DNA of 64,000 nucleotides from Candidatus Aenigmatarchaeota archaeon (GCA_023134135.1 JAGLVB010000012.1:4072-68071), one strand, 5' to 3'; counted from the stretch's first letter, positions 27,116 to 36,676 are shown. Notes: generated by a model from the sequence alone, not told the origin. Made by a program: numbers and translations.

Positions 27116-27909
27116 TATATTAATTTTTCTTTTTTCAATTCTTTCTTAAATTTATTATCTAAATCCTTATAGGCCTTATCAACTTTTGGTAATTTAGAAT
27201 CCAAAGTATTCAATTCCCCTTTTATTTTATCAAGACCTTTACTTACTAAATCAATTGTATTCAAATCTTCTCTATCTGACAAATTACAACCCAATATCTC
27301 AGTTCTCACTTTTCCCCACTCAACAGTTCTTGCACCAAGTCTTGACAATCTGTTTATATTATCCACAACTATGGAAACAATTTCTGGGGTTGGGTCTCTT
27401 ATAGTAATAACTCCTAAAAATTCTGTTTCTGCTGGAACTTTAATAATATTCATTAATGCTTGTCCAGTCGTTAAATTTTTTTCATCCACAGCATTTGCAG
27501 TATAAGGTTCTATTTCTTTTGTTTCTTCAATCGAAATAAAAGTTTCTCCTAAAATTCTTGCTAGAATATTATAATGAGCTTTTGTATTGCTTGTTTCGCC
27601 AGTACCTCCAAATATGAAGCAACTTGGACACCTCATACAAAGATTGTCTTTTAAATGGCAATTGGATTCTATGTTAAAACCTCTCTGTTTTTCCATTACA
27701 AGTCTTCTTAATTTTGCTTTTACTTTCCTCCAAGGAATTATGAATCTATTACCTAATTCTTTGTATTTATATGTTAAAACTTCTTCATTATCATTGCTAC
27801 GAATAATTGCATCATCTAAGAATTTCAATTTTATAACTAATTGCAAATATCTACCTTTTGATAAAATTGTTGTTTCCTCCAACAAATCACTAGTTTTTAT
27901 TTCAGTCAT
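27115..27909 (-). CDS. cas7: Cas7 (Csc2-like, type I-D backbone subunit)
   Basis: RAMP-like protein with CMRCPSCFIFGGTGE (Cys pair plus glycine loop). Sits between the large subunit and cas5. ATGA overlap with cas10d. Confidence 0.7.
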   Translation of the reverse strand: MTEIKTSDLLEETTILSKGRYLQLVIKLKFLDDAIIRSNDNEEVLTYKYKELGNRFIIPWRKVKAKLRRLVMEKQRGFNIESNCHLKDNLCMRCPSCFIFGGTGETSNTKAHYNILARILGETFISIEETKEIEPYTANAVDEKNLTTGQALMNIIKVPAETEFLGVITIRDPTPEIVSIVVDNINRLSRLGARTVEWGKVRTEILGCNLSDREDLNTIDLVSKGLDKIKGELNTLDSKLPKVDKAYKDLDNKFKKELKKEKLI

Positions 27910-30551
27910 TTTTTATCACCTTCATTATTATTTTCTTTTAAATCATTTATAAGATTAGGATAACGATTAAAAACAAAAATTGCAGACAACAATGCGTTTT
28001 TTATCCTTATAAATTGTGTTATATTGGCTTGTTTCAAGTCATAGTATCTTTTTATCTTTAATTTAGCTTCCTTTACAAACTCTTTCAATTCTACAATATC
28101 TGTATTTGCACCAGCCTTAACCTCTGATTTTTCTTTAGCAATATTTTCTCTTATTTGTGCCAAAAATTTAGCAAAAGATACTTCAAAATCATTCCCTTGT
28201 AAAATTTCATTCATTGTTTGACTTATGGGTTTGGTTATTAAATGTTTAGTACGTGGTTTACTCCATTCAGTAGTCCAACAAAATTTTGGTATTCCTTCTG
28301 CAAAAAATATTGCATCATTTAATAAATCTTTCATAATATAAACACAGTTATTTATTTTAAATAGTATTTGATTAGAAGAATATACAAAACCAAAAAATGA
28401 GTTTATAAGTTTTTTATTGAATTTTAAACAAGGATTTCCCGATTTATCTTTGTCTTCCTGACCGGCATACCTAAAAGCAACACTTGGTGATTTTTCCAAT
28501 AGATTTTTAGCAAAAATAAATCTTTTCTGTTTCCATTTTTTCTTATTTTGTTGTTTATAAAATAAAGTAGAGGCAAGTAGAATAACTGCAAGAGACTCAT
28601 TGTATTTTTCTTCAGTAGTAATTACATTTTCTCCAAACAAACCAATTTGTTCCTCTGTACCTATACTTACTTTAAAACCTAATAGATTTAAAACATGGTA
28701 TAAAGGTTCATATTTTACTTTATAATCTTTTGGACTAAAATCTTTCAAATCAACTCTCGATTCAATTTTGATTATAAGTCCTCTTTCTGTTTCTATTATC
28801 TCTCTATCTTTTAATTCGCCTTCTTTTTCTATGAAAGGAATTGGTATCAAAATTGGATTGATTCCTCTCTTAGGAAGCAACAACGCTCTAAGTTCTTCCT
28901 TTTCCTCAAATTTTATTATAGAACTTGGATTTGTAATCCCCGCACAAAGATTTTTTATAAATCTATATATTTTTTCATCTGTTTGTTTTATTTCATTTGG
29001 AATTTTTGATTCAATTTTGACATAAATCGCAGAAGAATCTGCACTCATATTTTTTCTTAAAATCATGTTATCATAAGCGCAAAAAATGCATGTCGCATTG
29101 GCTCCTTGTGGCTTTGCTTTTATTTGTGAAAACCCATAACCCCCACCTTTTTTAAACATTAAACTAGGTTTTGCATCCATAGCCAATATACAACCACATC
29201 TTTCGCACAAACCTTTACTTGAGTTTGTAGTTCTTTTATAAGCTTTATATCTTTCAAAAATCTCTTGTGCAACTTCTCTAAAATCTTTCTCTTCTTCAGC
29301 AGTAATTAAATTATCAATAGTACCCTTCAATTGTTCAATTTTTGCTTTATCTTCACTATCTTCAGCTATTTTACTTAGTACACTAAGCAGTTCATCTTTC
29401 CTTATTTCTGATAAAAATTTGTTGGAGATATTTGTATTATAATATCTGATGGGCGATATATCAGAAAGCCGTATTTTTTCAAGTAATTCATTTATTTTTT
29501 CTGTATTTATTGATGATGGTTTTTCATTAAAATATTCATTCCATTGTTCTTTTGCTCGTTTATGTCCTGAAGTATATAAACAACTTGATAGAAAATTCAA
29601 TAGTTTATATTGTTTTTTCAAATTTTGAATTTCTTTATTTTGACTTAGATTAACTAAATCATATAATAATCTAAAAAACTGATTACCTTTTTTATCAACA
29701 TTAGATAAATTCTCTTTTATTTCCTCCTTTTTTCTTTCTAACTTTAAAAATTGAAATGGAAATATTTGAGAAAGACCCCCTAATATGTTTTTTGTTGGAT
29801 GATAAACCGGATAAAGTTGCATGGTTTCTTCAAAAAATCTATTTAAAATCTGGTTGGTAATCTTTTCTTTTTCTGGCATTTTTGCATTCTTACCAATAAA
29901 CACACAACTATTATCCAATACTATCAAAGGAGTCCATCCATTTTGTTTATAAACTTTTATTCCTTCTTCAACAAAAAGCATTGTTGTTGGTGATGGAAAT
30001 CTTGATATCTCGAAATAAGTCAAATCCGCCAATTTTAATTCACCTAAATATTCTCTAATCTCTTGGATTAAATTATAATTAACATTTTCCATAGATGCGA
30101 GATGGTCGCACCATTTCAAAATCTTCGTTTTGACTCCTACAGAGTTTGTTGTTATTTCATTAACATTTTTATCAGATATGCTGTGATGTGTTAAAATAAT
30201 ATCATAAATTTCCTTTATTTCTTCTTTAGAAAAAGAATAATTGGTATAAGCCTCAACATATTTTTTAATCTCGGTTAATATGGGTTTGTGCCCTTCTTTA
30301 ATTGGTTTACCACCACCACTCTTAAACAGCTCCTGATATTTTGGATTTCTTTTTTCAAGGTCATGAATCAAACATGCCATTTCAAGTAATTTTTTATCGT
30401 TTTTGTTTTTCTTCAAATAAGGTATATATTCAGAGATTTCTTTAAATATATTCCAAACCGTAAAATGATGCATCCATAATTGCTCTCCATTTGATTTTGC
30501 CAGATAGCCTACCTGTGGTTCCAAGATTTTAATTACTTCTTCTTTTTCCAT
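27906..30551 (-). CDS. cas10d: Cas10d-like large subunit (Csc3) with N-terminal HD nuclease domain
   Basis: HD residues WMHH, LIHDLEK, GHK, LTHHS, WCDH in the first ~160 aa. Zinc-finger-like CERCGC...CIFCAY. 881 aa, between the cas3' helicase and cas7. Confidence 0.75.
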   Translation of the reverse strand: MEKEEVIKILEPQVGYLAKSNGEQLWMHHFTVWNIFKEISEYIPYLKKNKNDKKLLEMACLIHDLEKRNPKYQELFKSGGGKPIKEGHKPILTEIKKYVEAYTNYSFSKEEIKEIYDIILTHHSISDKNVNEITTNSVGVKTKILKWCDHLASMENVNYNLIQEIREYLGELKLADLTYFEISRFPSPTTMLFVEEGIKVYKQNGWTPLIVLDNSCVFIGKNAKMPEKEKITNQILNRFFEETMQLYPVYHPTKNILGGLSQIFPFQFLKLERKKEEIKENLSNVDKKGNQFFRLLYDLVNLSQNKEIQNLKKQYKLLNFLSSCLYTSGHKRAKEQWNEYFNEKPSSINTEKINELLEKIRLSDISPIRYYNTNISNKFLSEIRKDELLSVLSKIAEDSEDKAKIEQLKGTIDNLITAEEEKDFREVAQEIFERYKAYKRTTNSSKGLCERCGCILAMDAKPSLMFKKGGGYGFSQIKAKPQGANATCIFCAYDNMILRKNMSADSSAIYVKIESKIPNEIKQTDEKIYRFIKNLCAGITNPSSIIKFEEKEELRALLLPKRGINPILIPIPFIEKEGELKDREIIETERGLIIKIESRVDLKDFSPKDYKVKYEPLYHVLNLLGFKVSIGTEEQIGLFGENVITTEEKYNESLAVILLASTLFYKQQNKKKWKQKRFIFAKNLLEKSPSVAFRYAGQEDKDKSGNPCLKFNKKLINSFFGFVYSSNQILFKINNCVYIMKDLLNDAIFFAEGIPKFCWTTEWSKPRTKHLITKPISQTMNEILQGNDFEVSFAKFLAQIRENIAKEKSEVKAGANTDIVELKEFVKEAKLKIKRYYDLKQANITQFIRIKNALLSAIFVFNRYPNLINDLKENNNEGDKK

Positions 30552-30555
30552 TCAA

Positions 30556-32169
30556 TCACCCATAAAAAGTATAATCTTTATTTGAACTAATATGCAATTC
30601 TTCTTCATCAGACTCTTTATAATATTTAATCTTTACTTCATCATATTTTTTTTTCAATGTACCTTGAACTGCACCCCAAAATGGAAATATTTTATCTTGA
30701 AGTAACAATTCTTCTATTTTATCATTGTTTATATTCATCCTTCTTAATTCTTCTTTCTTTTCTGAACAATCTAAAGTTTTCCATTCATCATTATAACCCT
30801 TGATATCAATATCATACATAGCAAATAGATTGTGCGAATAAGTATAAACTTTTTTTGTTTTAACATCTTTCAATATAAAATTATAACTATCACCTCTAAA
30901 CATCAAACCACCTATTTCTTGCCCAGTCGGATTTTTTAATGCTTTTTTTAAAATCTCTTCAAATTCTGTTCTTGAGTAAGAATTTAAATTTATTAATGGT
31001 TCAAACTCAGCACTATTTGAAAACAAAATTACATTTCCATTGCTTTTTCTCCCAACTCGACCAATTCTCTGAATAGCTGATGTCCACATAGACGCTTCTG
31101 TAATAAGTGTCTTAAAATTCATATCAATTCCAACTTCAATAGATGAAGTACCTAAAACAATAGTTTTGTTAGTTAAATCTAAATTTTGCGATTTCTCTAA
31201 ACCATGCCACTCTTTAATTTCAAATTCTTTATTAAATTCTTGTTTTATCTCTGTTTTTAAATGTTGTAGTCTAAAAATAGAATCAAAAATAATCGCAGCA
31301 GGTTTTTCAATTTTTGGTATTAATTCTCTTATTCTTCGTAGAGTTTGTTTTCTATCGGTATATCTAAAAATATCAATACTCATTTCAAGAGGATAATTAA
31401 ATTCTTTTCCATTTTCTTTTGTTTTTGTTATAGAATTTGAAAAACTTATATTTTTATATTTATAAATATTTTTAATCTGTTTTAATTCTTCGCTTTCATA
31501 AGGAGTTGCAGAGAGAAGAATTATTTTTGTTGCTATGGTCTTTAACAGATTTTCAATTAATTCAGGAAAATGTTTCAAATTAGTGTATGTATGAAACTCA
31601 TCAAAAAATACATAACAACCTTGCAATTTATTTGCTATTTCTCTTGATTTGGATTTTGATTTATATCTTTTTAGATTTATTAAGATATGTAAAACATCTG
31701 GAGAGGTCACAATTATTCTTTTTTCACTCATCATCCAAGATTGTTCAAATAATTTATCCAATAACGCTGGTTTATTTAATTCAAAATTCTCTTCTTTCTT
31801 TTTAAGATATTCAATAATGGATTTTGATGAATAATTGATAATATTATTACCATCTTCTATAAAATTATCATCTGGCCAGACAGCAACTTTTTCTAATTCT
31901 TTTTTCATTGCTCCTACTTGAGCATCCATCAAAATCTTGGTTGGATATGTCAAAATAATCGGTTTATTTTTGAAAAAATCATCCTGAATTAAATTTCTAA
32001 TTATAAAACTTTTACCGCTCCCTACGGGAGCTTCTACAGTTATAATTTTAGCATCAGATTTTTTTATTGCTTCTATAGTTTCTCTTTGAAAAGGTCTTAT
32101 TCTTTGTCCATCTATAATTTCTTCTTTTACAAATCTTGGTCCAATTTGTAGATTTATTTGATTATTCAT
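30556..32169 (-). CDS. cas3: Cas3' SF2 helicase (no HD domain)
   Basis: Walker A APVGSGKS, DExH-like FFDEFH, SATP, motif VI QRIGRVGR. 537 aa with no HD motif. Confidence 0.8.
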   Translation of the reverse strand: MNNQINLQIGPRFVKEEIIDGQRIRPFQRETIEAIKKSDAKIITVEAPVGSGKSFIIRNLIQDDFFKNKPIILTYPTKILMDAQVGAMKKELEKVAVWPDDNFIEDGNNIINYSSKSIIEYLKKKEENFELNKPALLDKLFEQSWMMSEKRIIVTSPDVLHILINLKRYKSKSKSREIANKLQGCYVFFDEFHTYTNLKHFPELIENLLKTIATKIILLSATPYESEELKQIKNIYKYKNISFSNSITKTKENGKEFNYPLEMSIDIFRYTDRKQTLRRIRELIPKIEKPAAIIFDSIFRLQHLKTEIKQEFNKEFEIKEWHGLEKSQNLDLTNKTIVLGTSSIEVGIDMNFKTLITEASMWTSAIQRIGRVGRKSNGNVILFSNSAEFEPLINLNSYSRTEFEEILKKALKNPTGQEIGGLMFRGDSYNFILKDVKTKKVYTYSHNLFAMYDIDIKGYNDEWKTLDCSEKKEELRRMNINNDKIEELLLQDKIFPFWGAVQGTLKKKYDEVKIKYYKESDEEELHISSNKDYTFYG

Positions 32170-32217
32170 AACTTACAACTACTTAATTTTTATAACTTCT
32201 TTAAATACCCCAACACT

Positions 32218-32859
32218 CTAAGAAACATCCTCATAATCCACTTCCATGCCATCTTCCTTATTCAACCTGAAAAAGGAAACAAATCGCTTTATTGAATCCC
32301 TGTCTGATTCAACCTTTTTACCAATTTTCTTATATCTCCTGCGAAGATATTCTTCCATATAGCTCTGAAAAACAAAAGAGAAACCGGAAGTCATATTAAA
32401 ATCCTTAAACGGAACAATACGGGTAAAAAACAGCAATCCCGGAGTAACAGTTTTACTAAGATTAATATCTATTAATTTTATATTATCTTTTTTATTTAGA
32501 ACATCGTAAAGGAGTACTATATTTTCTGATTCTAAACTGGAAATAACCCTGAACAAAGAAGTGTAAGAGAGTAGCATAGCATCCAGAATAGTTTTCTCTA
32601 TCCTGTTTTGTTCCCTATATTTATCTCTATAAATTTCTATTGCATTTTTGTTATTTTTCATTTGTTCATGCATGGTAAATTCCATTAAAACACCCATTTC
32701 ATCTTCAGTTTCATATAACATAATATCGTTTTTCCGGGGAATGCCAAGCAACTTTGCTGATTTCATTAAAATCTCAGTATTAACACAGGAATCCAGAATC
32801 TTATGATTTAACTTCATGCCAATCTCTCTATAGGCTTGGTATTTTTCCAGAAGATTCAT
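32218..32859 (-). CDS. hypothetical protein embedded in the cas locus
   Basis: 213-aa ORF, no recognised motif. Same strand as, and 48 nt upstream of, cas3'. Confidence 0.55.
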   Translation of the reverse strand: MNLLEKYQAYREIGMKLNHKILDSCVNTEILMKSAKLLGIPRKNDIMLYETEDEMGVLMEFTMHEQMKNNKNAIEIYRDKYREQNRIEKTILDAMLLSYTSLFRVISSLESENIVLLYDVLNKKDNIKLIDINLSKTVTPGLLFFTRIVPFKDFNMTSGFSFVFQSYMEEYLRRRYKKIGKKVESDRDSIKRFVSFFRLNKEDGMEVDYEDVS

Positions 32860-32874
32860 AACTTAATTTAAATA

Positions 32875-33198
32875 TTAATTTACCCTCTTTGCCAAAAAAG
32901 TAGAATCATCTCCAAGATGAAATCTGAATTCGCCCTTTAATTTATCTTTCTCTTTTAATTCAAGCCAACCGCTACCGCATACAGGGTCATTTTCATCATT
33001 CCCTTCAAATGTAAATTCAAATCTTTTTTTAGTCTCATAATCAACAACTTTTCCGTCTATTCCCCCAGAAACCAAACCAAACTGGAATTTTCCAAGATTA
33101 TCCTGCTTTATTTCAATGTAAGCCTGAACTTCCATATTAAAGTAATCTTCGTCCCATACTTCCATCTCATAAATATGCCAGATTCCTGTAAAGTCCAT
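32875..33198 (-). CDS. hypothetical small beta-rich protein embedded in the cas locus
   Basis: MDFTGIWHIYEMEVWDEDYF...FEFTFEGNDENDPVCGSGWLEL...FHLGDDSTFLAKR. Start moved from the TTG at 33234 to ATG 33198. Confidence 0.5.
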   Translation of the reverse strand: MDFTGIWHIYEMEVWDEDYFNMEVQAYIEIKQDNLGKFQFGLVSGGIDGKVVDYETKKRFEFTFEGNDENDPVCGSGWLELKEKDKLKGEFRFHLGDDSTFLAKRVN

Positions 33199-33281
33199 AA
33201 TTTTATTTCCAGTTATAAAAGTAATACAACTCAATATATTGATTTTCTTTCAGAAACTCATCAAATAATCAACTTTAAATT

Positions 33282-33422
33282 TCATAACTCCTCAAACAAT
33301 CTCTTAACATCTCCGGAATGTTCGCATCTTTTAAACCTACCCTCTTTCAAATCTTTTAAACCTCTATTGATACTGTCTCTAAACTCTTTATCATTATACA
33401 AAATTTCATCTTTAAGTTCCAT
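33282..33422 (-). CDS. possible RelB/Phd-like antitoxin (46 aa), followed by a truncated toxin remnant
   Basis: MELKDEILYNDKEFRDSINRGLKDLKEGRFKRC...DVKRLFEEL resembles archaeal antitoxin C-termini. Its TGA overlaps (ATGA) a 10-codon ORF MKFKVDYLMSF* that resembles a RelE N-terminus. Confidence 0.35.
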   Translation of the reverse strand: MELKDEILYNDKEFRDSINRGLKDLKEGRFKRCEHSGDVKRLFEEL

Positions 33423-33604
33423 AATAAAAAGATATTGAATAAAATAATCTTCACCGTTTGGCTTTTTATTTGCAAATCATAGTTCTGCAAAACAGTTACA
33501 TTCTACTGATTATAATCTTTTTTTCCGCCTCAAATCCAAAAAACTGCAATTATTGACATTCAACTGTCAATAATTGCTTAAATATTGATATTTAACTATC
33601 AATT

Positions 33605-34921
33605 ATGGTGGATGAAGTAACAATAAGGGAACAAAACCCCTGGTGGCTATCAAAAGAGAAAATCAAAGAAGATGAAAAGGTAAAAGAAGCCTTATCAAAG
33701 AAAAACAAGCTAATTTACTATTTTGAGGATAAATCAAACAAGTTAATATTTGGTCCGAGACAGATAGGAAAAACAACTTATTTCAAACTTCTGATTTATG
33801 ATTTGATTTTAAAAAAGAAAATCAATCCGAGAAAAGTTGTCTATTTCAGTTGCGAGCCTCTAAGACATTTCGAAGAAATCATAGAATTAATCAGAAAAAT
33901 TGATATGTTGATTGAAGGGGAAAAATATATTTTTCTGGATGAGATAAGTTTTGTTGAAGACTGGCAGAAAGCAATAAAATATATATTGGATTCGCCTTTA
34001 TCAAAGAACAAGACAATTTACCTCACAGGTTCAAGTTCAATAAATCTCAAAAAAGAAAACTTTCCAGGAAGAAAAATAAAAATCGAGGAATTTCTGCCTT
34101 TAACATTCAGGGAATTTGTTAATCTTTTCGGAACCAAAGAACTTAAAAAGAGTTTAACAAAACTAAATTTTATAAATTCAGAAGAAATATTAACCAAAGC
34201 AAAATCTCTATTTTTCTATCAGGAAGAAATAGACAAACTTTTTTACAAATATTTGCAAGGGGGTGGTTTCCCAAAAGCTTTTTATGAATTGATGGAAGAA
34301 GATATAATAAAAGAAGACACCTACGAAATTTACTGGAAATGGCTGATAAATGATATCGCAAAAATAGGTCGCAGCGAAAAGATTACAACAGGCGTTTTGC
34401 TTGGTGTCCTGAAAAATTATTCTTCAAAATGTTCTTTGAGTTCTATTGCAAAAGAAGTTGAAATTGGTTCTCATGTCACTGTAAGAGAATATCTGGAAAT
34501 TCTGGAAGACTTATTTGTAATCAACAATTTTTATACCTTTGACCTTAACAAAAAAATGATTGTTTACAGGAAAATGAGAAAAAATTATATCATTGATCCA
34601 TTCCTTTTTCAGGTGATACAGAGAAAATTAACAGGTAGAAAAGATATTGGTGATTGCAGTAAACTTGTTGAAGGGGTCGTCGTTGAAAGCCTGTTAAGAA
34701 AAGTAAAAAACAAGCTTGAAGTTGGGTTTTACCACAACAAAAAGGAAATAGATGTTTGTTACAAGGATTTCGGGATTGAAGTTAAATGGCAGGAAAAAGT
34801 TGATGAAAAGGATTTTTCAAAAGCTGAAATTAAAAACAAGATAATTTTATCCAAAAATAAATTTGATGCAACAAAAGAGATATTAATAATTCCTGTCAGT
34901 TTATTTTTAACTATGGTATAA
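33605..34921 (+). CDS. AAA+ ATPase with C-terminal PD-(D/E)XK-like domain (paralog of 23327-24652)
   Basis: NPWWLSKE, Walker A GPRQIGKTT, Walker B IFLDEISF, C-terminal KEIDVCYKDFGIEVKWQ. Convergent with cas1, 3 nt apart. Confidence 0.8.
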   Translation: MVDEVTIREQNPWWLSKEKIKEDEKVKEALSKKNKLIYYFEDKSNKLIFGPRQIGKTTYFKLLIYDLILKKKINPRKVVYFSCEPLRHFEEIIELIRKIDMLIEGEKYIFLDEISFVEDWQKAIKYILDSPLSKNKTIYLTGSSSINLKKENFPGRKIKIEEFLPLTFREFVNLFGTKELKKSLTKLNFINSEEILTKAKSLFFYQEEIDKLFYKYLQGGGFPKAFYELMEEDIIKEDTYEIYWKWLINDIAKIGRSEKITTGVLLGVLKNYSSKCSLSSIAKEVEIGSHVTVREYLEILEDLFVINNFYTFDLNKKMIVYRKMRKNYIIDPFLFQVIQRKLTGRKDIGDCSKLVEGVVVESLLRKVKNKLEVGFYHNKKEIDVCYKDFGIEVKWQEKVDEKDFSKAEIKNKIILSKNKFDATKEILIIPVSLFLTMV

Positions 34922-34924
34922 ATC

Positions 34925-35905
34925 CTATTTTATCAGTTTATTGGCAATCTCGTGGCATTCAAAAGGAATTGTGTTTTTAACCCGAATATTCCTCCCTTTA
35001 TATTTAACCGTTTTTTCAAATGTTTTATTCAGGTATTCCATCAAAACCACTTTGCCATCTTTATTCAGACTCAACCCCTCAGGAATCTTATCAAAATATT
35101 TCTCCTTAACCAGTTTCCTGCTGAACAGATACAAAACAGTTTCATCAACATAAACCCTGAACATCTCGATTAAATCAAAAACAAGGGATTTCTTGTTGTA
35201 ATTATCAGTATGAACAAATCCAATATAAGGGTCAAGCCCTGAAATTATGCAGGCTTTCTCAACCATTGAATACAAGACCCCATACCCGTAATTTAACAAA
35301 CAATTAAACTCATCCTTTGCGGGCATCCTGCTCCTCCCCTCAAACCTGAATTTCTCGGGCAATACAAAATTAATTGCCTCAAAATAATATCTGGATGCAA
35401 TCCCCTCAAAACCAAGAAGACTCTGCCTGTTTTCTTCGACCTTTCCTTTGAGATTGCCTATTTTTAAAGAAATAGTTTCAATCTTTTTAATATAATTTCC
35501 CAATTCTTCTTTTTTCTCATTTCTTGTCTTCTTCAGTTTTTTAAGTAAACTAACCTGATTATCCAGTTTCTTCAGGTTCCATTTCTTGGCCATTTCAAAC
35601 CCTTTTGAAGTATTGTAAATTTCCAGTTGTTTTCTCCTGATTAAAACAGTGCTGCCGAGTTTGCTGTGCCACACTCTCCCATAGGGATCCCCAAAGTGAT
35701 CAAGAAACACAATATCAATATTATTTTCAACCGCAAATTTAATTGCATCAGTGGATATATAAGCGGAAGTTGTAACCAATATAGAATCCACTTTGTTGAC
35801 AGAGACCTCAAAAACTTTTTCCTTTCCATCTTCTTCTATCTTGACAAGAAAACAATTGTTTTTCTTCCTGAGATAAGAACCATATGTATTAATTACAAGT
35901 TGCAT
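34925..35905 (-). CDS. cas1: Cas1 integrase
   Basis: 326 aa with N-terminal beta domain LVINTYGSYLRKKNNCFLV and a C-terminal helical domain with NCLLNYGYGVL, GFVHTDNYNKKSLVFDLIEMFR. Confidence 0.9.
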   Translation of the reverse strand: MQLVINTYGSYLRKKNNCFLVKIEEDGKEKVFEVSVNKVDSILVTTSAYISTDAIKFAVENNIDIVFLDHFGDPYGRVWHSKLGSTVLIRRKQLEIYNTSKGFEMAKKWNLKKLDNQVSLLKKLKKTRNEKKEELGNYIKKIETISLKIGNLKGKVEENRQSLLGFEGIASRYYFEAINFVLPEKFRFEGRSRMPAKDEFNCLLNYGYGVLYSMVEKACIISGLDPYIGFVHTDNYNKKSLVFDLIEMFRVYVDETVLYLFSRKLVKEKYFDKIPEGLSLNKDGKVVLMEYLNKTFEKTVKYKGRNIRVKNTIPFECHEIANKLIK

Positions 35906-35907
35906 AA

Positions 35908-36558
35908 TTATATTTTTTTAATAGTTCCAAAACCCTGTGAAACTCCTTTTCCAAGACCAATAAATTCAGGCAACTCAAAATTAATTTTAAAATCGCCGGT
36001 AAAACCAATCATTGGTATCCCTTTATATTTTACCGGAACTGGTTTTACCTTTGTCTTAACTTTAAGTTCAGATAAAACAACATACTCGAATGCTTTTGCA
36101 ACAGAAAGAATATTTCCAATCAAAATTTTATGCAATAATAATATCTGCTTTTTCTTGGGAATACTTTTATATTCCTTAAAATTCTTCTCATTCAAAGCAA
36201 TCCATGGCGAAATAAACCTATATTTTCTCTCCTTCTCACTGAAACAAAAATTCTGATGGTTCTCAATTACCCTCTTTTCTGTAATTTTGTAAATATTTGT
36301 CCCAAGTTTCAACTCGTCAAGTTGATTATAAATATCCGACAAAGCAACAGCGCCTTCATTTAAACCAAAAATAACTGAGTTTCCTTCTATTACTTTGTAT
36401 TGGACCAAAGGATATTTATACAAACAACTTTTCTCCAGATGATGATGCAAAATTGTTTTATCTTTAAATTTATTCCCAATAAAACCTCTAAGAAAAGTTC
36501 CTGATTCTTCAACAGTCTTGTCTGTTTTTAATACAAGGGTATAGGTTAAAAGTTCCAT
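35908..36558 (-). CDS. cas6: Cas6 crRNA endoribonuclease
   Basis: 216-aa RAMP with C-terminal glycine-rich loop GLGKGVSQGFGTI. Directly upstream of cas1. Confidence 0.8.
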   Translation of the reverse strand: MELLTYTLVLKTDKTVEESGTFLRGFIGNKFKDKTILHHHLEKSCLYKYPLVQYKVIEGNSVIFGLNEGAVALSDIYNQLDELKLGTNIYKITEKRVIENHQNFCFSEKERKYRFISPWIALNEKNFKEYKSIPKKKQILLLHKILIGNILSVAKAFEYVVLSELKVKTKVKPVPVKYKGIPMIGFTGDFKINFELPEFIGLGKGVSQGFGTIKKI

Positions 36559-36605
36559 AATTTACAATATAAGACAATAGAATGTAAATAATTCATTAAA
36601 ATAAA

Positions 36606-36675
36606 TGAATATATATTCACTAACCTATAGATTAAAGAACCGATAACTATAAATACTATTTTGAATATATATTCA
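36606..36675. promoter_or_regulatory. two copies of the perfect 14-bp palindrome TGAATATATATTCA in the divergent cas6 / DUF5320 promoter region
   Basis: Copies at 36606-36619 and 36662-36675 (56-bp spacing). The second abuts the ATG at 36677. Confidence 0.45.
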
Positions 36676-36676
36676 T

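Noticed and set aside
32203-32219. AAATACCCCAACACTCT between the unknown gene and cas3', resembling the reverse complement of the hairpin-repeat flank (AAATACCCCGTCACTCT)
   Set aside because: It is a 15/17 match but lacks the second hairpin arm, is short and overlaps the gene end. It may be chance or a decayed remnant. Not enough to call.
33175-33438. 87-aa plus-strand ORF
   Set aside because: Low-complexity translation antisense to the antitoxin-like ORF and the 5' end of 32875-33198. No motif.
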